This document shows positions 9,003 to 15,923 of a DNA stretch of 22,520 bases, one piece after another. The notes under the pieces were generated by a model. The model saw only the letters and a list, made by a program, of their open reading frames with translations, had not been told where the DNA came from and made no database searches. This stretch comes from Deltaproteobacteria bacterium TL4 (GTDB taxonomy: Bacteria; SAR324; NAC60-12). The stretch is taken from the NCBI GenBank assembly GCA_051382335.1, contig JBBCAX010000437.1:1-22520 (forward strand), read 5' to 3'. Numbering within the stretch: position 1 is the first letter of the stretch; the number at the start of each line of letters is the position of its first letter. Made by a program: the position numbers and the translations under genes.

Positions 9003-12000
9003 TGCAACCCCTCGAAAAATCCCTTCGGAACAAACTGGAAAAGACCATCAAGGAGGCTCGTGAAATCTCGGAAGCAGCGGCAAAGGCTGCTCTGGAACAA
9101 CTGGGCGTCGGCGAAGCCAATCCCTTCCCTCATCTTGCGGAGAAGGAACGGGAACTCCGGAGGCAGTTGCGCATTCATGGGCGGCAGTTGGGCGATGTCC
9201 GTCATGCTCAAACCGAAGTGCAGGAACTTGACCGGCTGATTGAAGAAGTCGCTTATGAACACTGGCATCGAATCCTCTTTGCCCGGTTTCTCGCTGAAAA
9301 CAAACTGTTGATGTATCTCGAAGAAAAACCGCAAATAAACGCAAATGGACGCAAATTGAATGAAAACCTTATTAGCGTTCCTTCGCGTTCATTTGCGGTT
9401 GAAGATGCTGTAGCAGTGACGTTGGAAGAATGTGAGGATCTGGCGGTTGAGGAAGGTCTGAAAAACGGCTGGGAGATGGCATCCCGTCTTGCGTCCAGAA
9501 TGCTGCCCCAGGTTTTCCGGATTGATTCGGTGGTGTTTGCCCTCCAGTTTCCTCCAGAGCATCAACAAAAGCTCGAACGCCTGGGTTCCGAGTTGCCACG
9601 GGAGGTTTTTACGGCTTCGGATTCCTTGGGCTGGGTGTATCAATTCTGGCAGGCTAAAAAGAAGGATGAGGTCAACGCTTCTGAAGTCAAAATCGGAGCA
9701 CGAGAACTGCCTGCCGTCACCCAACTCTTCACGGAACCCTACATGGTCAGCTTTCTGCTCGATAATGCCCTGGGAGCCTGGTGGGCTTCCCGTCGGCTAA
9801 GTCTGGAGGTTATCAAACAAGTGTCCGCAGAATCCACAGAAAGCACGGAAATAGAAAAGGAACTAAGGAAAAGGTCTGCAATCCCTGGGGTTCCTCTCGA
9901 CTATCTGCGTTTTGTTCCTTCTTCCGTGTCTTCTGTGTCTTCTGTGTCTTCCGTGGACCTAAAATGGACTCCCGCCGCAGGCTCCTTTGACCATTGGCCC
10001 AAGCATCTGAGTGAATTCAAAGTCCTTGATCCGTGTTGTGGTTCGGGACATTTCCTGGTGGCAGCCTTTTTGATGCTGGTTCCCATGCGGATGGAACTGG
10101 AAAACCTGTCTGCACGGGATGCGGTAGATCGGGTGTTGTCTGAAAACCTGCATGGACTGGAACTCGATCAACGCTGTGTGGAACTGGCGGCTTTTGCGTT
10201 GGCGTTGACCGCCTGGAAATATCCAAATCTCCCCTCGCCCTCTGGGAGAGGGGCTGGGGGTGAGGGGCCGATAGGCTATCGGAAATTACCGGAATTGCAT
10301 CTGGCGTGTTCGGGGCTTTCGGTCAGTGTTGCCAAGGAAGAATGGAAAAAATTTGGGTTGAATCAACACAATCTGCGGATTGCGCTTGGTGATATGTACG
10401 ATGTGTTTCAGGAGGCTCCGGTTTTAGGCAGCCTGCTGAATCCCCAAAAAATCAAACTTCCCGATCAGGTGAACTGGAAATCCCTCTCCCTCTCTCTGGA
10501 ACAAGCGCTCTCCCAGGAAAAAACCGCCGAAGTTCATGAAGTGGGAGTGGTTGCCCAGGGATTGGTGAAAACGACACAACTTCTCCAACAAAAGTACCAC
10601 TGGGTGATCACGAATGTCCCCTACCTTAATCGAGGCAAACAGAACGATATTTTGAAAGATTTTTGTGAAAAACATTACCCTGAAGCCAAGACGGACCTGG
10701 CAACCGTCTTTCTTCAACGCTGCCTGGAATTGACCTCATCCCCCGTCCCCCTCTCCATCAATAGAGAGGGGGGGCTGGGAGGGACAGTCTCGGTGGTGCT
10801 GCCCCAAAACTGGCTCTTCCTCACCTCCTATAAAAAATTTCGTGAAAAATTACTCTGCAACGATCTCTGGCATCTCATTGCCAGGCTGGGACCCGGTGCT
10901 TTTGAAACCATTAGTGGGGAAGTCGTTAAAGCGATTCTGATCACCCTGAGTCGGGGAAATAAAGAGTCCACGAAACACACCCAACACACGAAAAACAAGG
11001 AACTGGATTTGTTTGATTTAGAAACCTCATCCCTAAATCCCCTCTCCATCAATGGAGAAGGGACTTTATCAACCTCATCCCTAAATCCCTTCTCCATGAA
11101 TGGAGAAGGGACTTCCAGCAAATTCTCCCCCTCGCCAGTTATGGAGAGGGGGGCGGGGGGTGAGGTCATTGCCGGTCTGGATGTCTCTGAACCCCGCACC
11201 ACCTCCGAAAAAGCATCCTTGTTGCAAACTGCTGCCATCAAACAGGTGGAGCAAGCCAAACAATTGGAAAATCCGGATGCACGGGTGGCCTTTGATGAAA
11301 TCCAAGGAGATTTACTTGAAAACTTTTCAAGTTCATATCAGGGAATAAAAACAGGAGATGACTCGGCTAAACGACGTTTTTTTTGGGAACAGGAGAATAA
11401 GAATCGGTGGTTACTTTTTTTAAGCACGGTTGATAACACCGTTGATTTTGGGGGATTTGAATCAGTTATTGATTGGTCGAAAAAGGGGAGTGATATGGCT
11501 CGTCTTCAAGGCGTTGGTGGTTGGGGACAGTATGGTATTCTAGTGAGTCAAATGAGACATTTACCAGTTTCACTTTTTAATGGGAGTAAATTTGACAGTA
11601 ACGTTTCTGCATTACCAGTCAGCAACCCCGCCCATATCCCTGCCATCTGGTGTTTCTGTTCCTCCCCAGAATACAACGAAGCTGTGCGGCAGATTGACCA
11701 AAGCCTGAAAGTTACCAATGCCACGTTGGTCAAAGTTCCCTTTGACCTGGAACACTGGAGCAAGGTAGCAGAAGAAAAATATCCTCATGGACTGCCGAAG
11801 CCCTATTCCGATGATCCCACTCAATGGATATTTCATGGGCATCCGGGCGGGTCGGTGGTGTGGAATGAAACCACGAAGAAACTGGAAGTCGCTCCGACCT
11901 TACGAACGGATGACACGGTGTTGCAGGTGGCGGTGGCGAGATTGCTGGGGTATCGCTGGCCTGCGGAATTAGAGTTAGAGTCCACGAAACACACAAAATA

Positions 12001-12898
12001 CACGAAAGAAATAAATGAAAACCTGATTGGCGTTCATTCGCGTTCATTTGCGGTTAATAACACATTGGAACTTTCTGAAGAATCTCGTTTTTGGGTCAAA
12101 CAATGCGAGGAACTAATATCATTTGTGGATGAAGATGGCATTGTGTGTATCCCTCCAGTTCGGGGAGAGGCCGCAGCGGCGGATCGGTTGATCAATCTCC
12201 TCGCTAAAGCTCATGCTCAACATTCTTCTGGATCAGAGGGAGCCTTTCTTTCCTGGACGGAAACCCTCTTAAAAAACTCCGATCACGCTGGAAAATCCCT
12301 GGAAACCTGGTTGCGTGACAAGTTCTTCCTCCAGCACTGCAAACGGTTCCAGCACCGTCCGTTTATCTGGCAAATCTGGGATGGTCTGAGGGATGGATTT
12401 TCCGCGCTGGTGAATTATCACAAACTGGATCACAAACTGCTGGAAACCCTGATTTACACCTATCTGGGCGACTGGATCACCCGTCAGAACGATGACCTCA
12501 AAAGCGGTGTGGATGGCGCTCAGGAAAAGCTGGCGGCTGCGGAACAACTCAAGAAAAAACTGGAAGCGATTCTGGAGGGTGAAGCACCCCTGGATATTTT
12601 TGTCCGCTGGAAACCCTTGTCCCAACAACCCCTTGGCTGGAATCCTGACCTCAACGATGGCGTGCGCCTCAACATCCGCCCCTTCATGACCGCCGGAGTC
12701 CTGCGCTTTAACAAAAAACCCCAACTCAACATTACCTGGGACAAAGACCGTGGCAAAGATGTCGAATCCGCTCCCTGGTTTCATCGCTTCCAGGGCGACC
12801 GCATCAATGACCATCATCTATCTCTGTCTGAAAAATTAAAAGCAAAGGAGTCCACGGAACACACAGAAAACACGGAAAACAGGATAAAAAATGGATAA
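9002..12898 (+). CDS. pglX: BREX adenine DNA methyltransferase PglX (BrxX)
   Basis: 1298 aa; LGWVYQFW, PAVTQLFTEPY, motif I VLDPCCGSGHFL, motif IV ITNVPY, and C-terminal DLNDGVRLNIRPF. Confidence 0.92.
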   Translation: MQPLEKSLRNKLEKTIKEAREISEAAAKAALEQLGVGEANPFPHLAEKERELRRQLRIHGRQLGDVRHAQTEVQELDRLIEEVAYEHWHRILFARFLAENKLLMYLEEKPQINANGRKLNENLISVPSRSFAVEDAVAVTLEECEDLAVEEGLKNGWEMASRLASRMLPQVFRIDSVVFALQFPPEHQQKLERLGSELPREVFTASDSLGWVYQFWQAKKKDEVNASEVKIGARELPAVTQLFTEPYMVSFLLDNALGAWWASRRLSLEVIKQVSAESTESTEIEKELRKRSAIPGVPLDYLRFVPSSVSSVSSVSSVDLKWTPAAGSFDHWPKHLSEFKVLDPCCGSGHFLVAAFLMLVPMRMELENLSARDAVDRVLSENLHGLELDQRCVELAAFALALTAWKYPNLPSPSGRGAGGEGPIGYRKLPELHLACSGLSVSVAKEEWKKFGLNQHNLRIALGDMYDVFQEAPVLGSLLNPQKIKLPDQVNWKSLSLSLEQALSQEKTAEVHEVGVVAQGLVKTTQLLQQKYHWVITNVPYLNRGKQNDILKDFCEKHYPEAKTDLATVFLQRCLELTSSPVPLSINREGGLGGTVSVVLPQNWLFLTSYKKFREKLLCNDLWHLIARLGPGAFETISGEVVKAILITLSRGNKESTKHTQHTKNKELDLFDLETSSLNPLSINGEGTLSTSSLNPFSMNGEGTSSKFSPSPVMERGAGGEVIAGLDVSEPRTTSEKASLLQTAAIKQVEQAKQLENPDARVAFDEIQGDLLENFSSSYQGIKTGDDSAKRRFFWEQENKNRWLLFLSTVDNTVDFGGFESVIDWSKKGSDMARLQGVGGWGQYGILVSQMRHLPVSLFNGSKFDSNVSALPVSNPAHIPAIWCFCSSPEYNEAVRQIDQSLKVTNATLVKVPFDLEHWSKVAEEKYPHGLPKPYSDDPTQWIFHGHPGGSVVWNETTKKLEVAPTLRTDDTVLQVAVARLLGYRWPAELELESTKHTKYTKEINENLIGVHSRSFAVNNTLELSEESRFWVKQCEELISFVDEDGIVCIPPVRGEAAAADRLINLLAKAHAQHSSGSEGAFLSWTETLLKNSDHAGKSLETWLRDKFFLQHCKRFQHRPFIWQIWDGLRDGFSALVNYHKLDHKLLETLIYTYLGDWITRQNDDLKSGVDGAQEKLAAAEQLKKKLEAILEGEAPLDIFVRWKPLSQQPLGWNPDLNDGVRLNIRPFMTAGVLRFNKKPQLNITWDKDRGKDVESAPWFHRFQGDRINDHHLSLSEKLKAKESTEHTENTENRIKNG
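9327..9400. repeat. Empty B-type hairpin in pglX (B-left 9327-9356, 14-nt loop, B-right 9371-9400)
   Basis: aaccgcaaataaacgcaaatggacgcaaat / attagcgttccttcgcgttcatttgcggtt; arms 25/30 complementary; the left arm is 29/30 identical to 18344-18373. Confidence 0.9.
9823..9958. repeat. C-type (A-related) inverted arms in pglX (9823-9850 and 9922-9958)
   Basis: gtccgcagaatccacagaaagcacggaa ... ttccgtgtcttctgtgtcttctgtgtcttccgtggac; translated SAESTESTE and SVSSVSSVSSVD. Confidence 0.82.
10229..10266 (-). repeat. GC-rich REP-like palindrome (D family) in frame in pglX
   Basis: ctcccctcgccctctgggagaggggctgggggtgaggg with stem cccctcgccc/gggagagggg; translated LPSPSGRGAGGEG. Confidence 0.85.
10733..10773 (+). 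repeat. GC-rich REP-like palindrome (D family) in frame in pglX
   Basis: acctcatcccccgtccccctctccatcaatagagagggggg; translated TSSPVPLSINREGG. Confidence 0.82.
10965..10993 (+). repeat. Solo A-left arm in pglX
   Basis: agtccacgaaacacacccaacacacgaaa; translated STKHTQHTK. Confidence 0.88.
11023..11166. repeat. Cluster of three D-family palindromes in pglX: two direct 44-bp copies (11023-11066, 11071-11114) and one inverted copy (11125-11166)
   Basis: aacctcatccctaaatccc(c/t)tctccat(c/g)aatggagaagggactt twice, then ctccccctcgccagttatggagaggggggcggggggtgaggt. Confidence 0.88.
11979..12055 (+). repeat. In-frame hybrid repeat insertion in pglX: A-left (11979-12007) + B-right (12026-12055)
   Basis: agtccacgaaacacacaaaatacacgaaa ... 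attggcgttcattcgcgttcatttgcggtt; translated STKHTKYTK...IGVHSRSFAV. Confidence 0.88.
12850..12878 (+). repeat. C-type left arm of GxxExxY cassette 2 (within the last codons of pglX)
   Basis: gtccacggaacacacagaaaacacggaaa; 25/29 match to the reverse complement of 13293-13321. Confidence 0.88.
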
Positions 12899-13289
12899 GC
12901 TTCCTTCAGAGGATAACAAACTGCTCTTTGAAAAAGAAACGTATGCCCTCCGTGGTGCTGTGTTTGAAGTCTATAGAGAGATGGGGTGTGGCTTTTTGGA
13001 AGCCGTCTATCAGGAATGTCTGGTGAAGGAGTTGACTCGACTGGGTATTCCTTTTGTAGCTCAACAGGAGTTAACGCTCACTTATAAAGGAGAGGCCTTG
13101 AAGCAAACCTACAAACCCGATTTTATTTGTTATAATGCGATTGTAGTGGAACTCAAAGCCTTGTCTGCAACAACAGGTGAGCATAAAGCTCAGGTTCTCA
13201 ATTATCTAAAAGCCACTGGAATGAAGGTTGGACTTTTAGTGAATTTTGGAAGTTATCCCAAAGCTACGGTAGAAAGGTTGGTTTTATGA
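12891..13289 (+). CDS. GxxExxY protein 2
   Basis: 132 aa; GFLEAVY, PDFIC..IVVELKA; close paralogue of 3241-3621 (shares FEVYREMGCGFLE, AQVLNYLKAT, YPKATVERLVL). Confidence 0.92.
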   Translation: MDKLPSEDNKLLFEKETYALRGAVFEVYREMGCGFLEAVYQECLVKELTRLGIPFVAQQELTLTYKGEALKQTYKPDFICYNAIVVELKALSATTGEHKAQVLNYLKATGMKVGLLVNFGSYPKATVERLVL

Positions 13290-13292
13290 TTA

Positions 13293-13321
13293 TTTCAGTG
13301 TTTTCAGTGTTTTCAGTGGAC
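13293..13321 (-). repeat. C-type right arm of GxxExxY cassette 2
   Basis: tttcagtgttttcagtgttttcagtggac, starting 4 nt after the stop codon. Confidence 0.9.
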
Positions 13322-13338
13322 AATAAAAGAGGTATTTC

Positions 13339-14421
13339 ATGAATCAGAATCATTTAACCCGTATTGTTTTGAATGGGTTTAAATCGATCAAGACTTGTGA
13401 TCTGGAACTGAAAGATCTCAATGTTCTGATTGGTCCAAATGGAGCTGGGAAGTCTAATTTCATCAGCTTTTTCAAAATGATCCAGCAGATGTTGGGAGGT
13501 AATCTTCAGCTCCATGTGGGGCGGGAAGGAGGACCTGATGCACTTCTGCACTTTGGTAGAAAAAAGACAGAAAACATCCAGGCTAAACTCTACTTTGGAA
13601 ATAATGGCTATGCCTGTGTTCTTGAACCAACCCAGGATCACCGATTGATGTTTTCAAATGAGTTTTTTGGGTGGGATGTGAGCGGTTTTAAATCGATTGG
13701 TTCCGGACATTTTGAAACCAAAGCTTTTGAAGGAACTAAAACCGGTATTGATCAATATGTCCTGACCGCCATGCAAAACTGGAAAGTCTATCATTTTCAT
13801 GACACCAGCGAAACAGCCAGGGTAAAACAAAGAGATGATATCAATGATAATATGTATTTACGTCCAGATGCCCGAAATCTGGCGGCTTTTCTGAACTTGC
13901 TGAAGATAAAATACAACAATCATTATCAGCGTATTATCAAAACCATCCGACTGGTTGCCCCTTTTTTTGAAGATTTTTGTTTAAGACCCAATTCCGATAA
14001 CCAAGACCGGATTGAATTGGAGTGGATGGAAAAAGGAGAGGATAAGCCATTTAAAGCACACCTTCTTTCGGATGGAACACTGCGTTTTATTTGTATCGCG
14101 ACGGTTTTAATGCAACCGGATCATCTCCAACCTCAAACGATCCTGATTGATGAACCAGAATTGGGACTTCATCCTTTTGCTATTCATTTACTGGCAGGCA
14201 TGCTTCGATCTGCCTCGAAAACAACGCAAATTATTATTTCAACTCAATCCTGTGAGTTATTAAGTGAATTTGAAGTGGAGAATGTAATTGTTGCGGATCG
14301 CACAGAGGGAGGGACTTATCTGCATCGTCTTGATAAAGATTCTCTGGTCAGATGGTTGGAAGACTATTCACTAGGAGAACTCTGGCAAAAAAATATTTTG
14401 GGAGGGAGTCCATCAAAATGA
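13339..14421 (+). CDS. ABC/AAA-family ATPase (AAA_21 / SMC-like)
   Basis: NGFKSI, Walker A GPNGAGKSN, YHFHDTS, LSDGTLRF, IDEPELGLHP, ISTQS, YSLGELWQKN. Confidence 0.88.
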   Translation: MNQNHLTRIVLNGFKSIKTCDLELKDLNVLIGPNGAGKSNFISFFKMIQQMLGGNLQLHVGREGGPDALLHFGRKKTENIQAKLYFGNNGYACVLEPTQDHRLMFSNEFFGWDVSGFKSIGSGHFETKAFEGTKTGIDQYVLTAMQNWKVYHFHDTSETARVKQRDDINDNMYLRPDARNLAAFLNLLKIKYNNHYQRIIKTIRLVAPFFEDFCLRPNSDNQDRIELEWMEKGEDKPFKAHLLSDGTLRFICIATVLMQPDHLQPQTILIDEPELGLHPFAIHLLAGMLRSASKTTQIIISTQSCELLSEFEVENVIVADRTEGGTYLHRLDKDSLVRWLEDYSLGELWQKNILGGSPSK

Positions 14422-15923
14422 AGCAACAGGAAATCATAGAACTTATCGCTCAGGGGGAAAATTCCAGTGTGGAATTCAAACGGGATGATCTTCGACCGGA
14501 GCAATTGGCTAAAGAGGTTGTGGCGATGGCGAATTTGCAAGGGGGCGTCATTCTTCTTGGAGTGGAGGATGACGGGTCCGTGAGTGGGATAAGCCGCAAA
14601 AATCTGGAGGAATGGGTCATGGATACGGTCTTTGGACGCTACATTCATCCAGCCATCATTCCACACTATCAGGAACTCCAATGGAGGGAGGGGCAACGAA
14701 TCGCCCTTATTTCCATTTCTACCGGTACCTCCAAGCCTTACGTGGTCAGACATAATGATCGTGAGGATATTTATGTGAGGATGGGTTCCGTTACACGACT
14801 TGCGACGCGTGAACAGGCACTTCGGTTGTTTGGTTCCGGGGGATTGTTACACACGGAAACCCTGCCTGTTTCTGGTTCCTCTTTCAAACATTTGGACCCA
14901 GTCCGTATTGAGAATTATCTGCGAGATATTTTACAGGAGCAGGATATGCCGGAATCTGAAGCACAATGGGTGGATCGACTCGTGGGACTGGGGTTTTTGA
15001 CCACCGATGCCATGGGGCAAACGGTCTGCACGATAGCAGGGATGGCTTTGTTTGGGATTCGTCCCAGAAGATGGTTGCCTCAAGCGGGTTTGAGAGTCGT
15101 GGTTTTTGATGTGGCTGACAAGCAATATCAGGCGCTCCTGGATGTTGTTCTGGATGGACCGATGGTGGGACGGTGGCATCTTGAAAAAGAAAAACTCAAA
15201 ACATTGGTCGATGATGGACTGGTTGAGAAGTTTATCCGGGCTATCGAGCCCTTTGTTACGGTGGAAGATAACCAGATTGATCAGAATTTTAGAAAGGAAA
15301 AGCGCTGGCTTTATCCGATGGATGCCATTCGTGAAACCGTCTTGAATGCCTTGGCGCATCGGGATTGGACCCGGTCGGTGGATATTGAAATTACCCGTTA
15401 TAGTGATCGGCTGGAAATCATCAGTCCGGGAGCCTTACCGAATTCGATGACTTTGGAAAAAATGAAGGCTGGACGGAGAACTCCCCGTAATCCCATCCTT
15501 ATGGACGTCCTGAGGGATTATGGTTATGTTGAGGCTCGGGGGATGGGAGTTCGTACCAAGGTCATTCCATTGACGCGGCAGTTCACAGGCTCGGAACCTC
15601 TGTTTGAAGCGACCGAGGATTACTTGAAGACGGTCATTGCGGTGGGAACGCCTTCCCCTTCTGTCCCTAAAAAAGAAAAAACGTCCCTGAAAAACGTCCC
15701 TGAAACCCAGGTTTCTTCAAAAAACGTCCCTAAAAATGAGTTTCAGAGACATTTACTGTCCCTGATCAGGGACAATCCCCACCTCACTTATGAGGAATTA
15801 TCCGCTCAGACGCAGTGCAACCGCAAAAAGGTTCAACGTCACCTGAACGCACTCAAGGATTCCGGATTTTTACGCAGGGAAGGCTCGCCCAAGGGAGGGC
15901 ATTGGGAGGTGTTGGAGTTATGA
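14418..15923 (+). CDS. Schlafen/AlbA_2 domain + RecG-C/HATPase_c_4-like domain + C-terminal HTH protein
   Basis: N-terminal GENSSVEFK...AMANLQGGVILLGVEDDG; ETVLNALAHRDW, EIISPGAL, PRNPIL, EARGMG; HTH TYEELSAQ...RREGSPKGGHWEV. ATG 14418 chosen for its ATGA overlap. Confidence 0.85.
   Translation: MKQQEIIELIAQGENSSVEFKRDDLRPEQLAKEVVAMANLQGGVILLGVEDDGSVSGISRKNLEEWVMDTVFGRYIHPAIIPHYQELQWREGQRIALISISTGTSKPYVVRHNDREDIYVRMGSVTRLATREQALRLFGSGGLLHTETLPVSGSSFKHLDPVRIENYLRDILQEQDMPESEAQWVDRLVGLGFLTTDAMGQTVCTIAGMALFGIRPRRWLPQAGLRVVVFDVADKQYQALLDVVLDGPMVGRWHLEKEKLKTLVDDGLVEKFIRAIEPFVTVEDNQIDQNFRKEKRWLYPMDAIRETVLNALAHRDWTRSVDIEITRYSDRLEIISPGALPNSMTLEKMKAGRRTPRNPILMDVLRDYGYVEARGMGVRTKVIPLTRQFTGSEPLFEATEDYLKTVIAVGTPSPSVPKKEKTSLKNVPETQVSSKNVPKNEFQRHLLSLIRDNPHLTYEELSAQTQCNRKKVQRHLNALKDSGFLRREGSPKGGHWEVLEL

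Noticed and set aside
10768..11160. Poly-G runs in pglX as phase-variation tracts
   Set aside because: Runs are only 6-7 nt and are part of the D-family palindromes; the ORF is intact.
15660..15736. Four aaaacgtccct(a/g)aaa-like repeats in the Schlafen-domain gene
   Set aside because: They encode a low-complexity linker before the HTH that is common in this family, and they are unrelated to the arm families.
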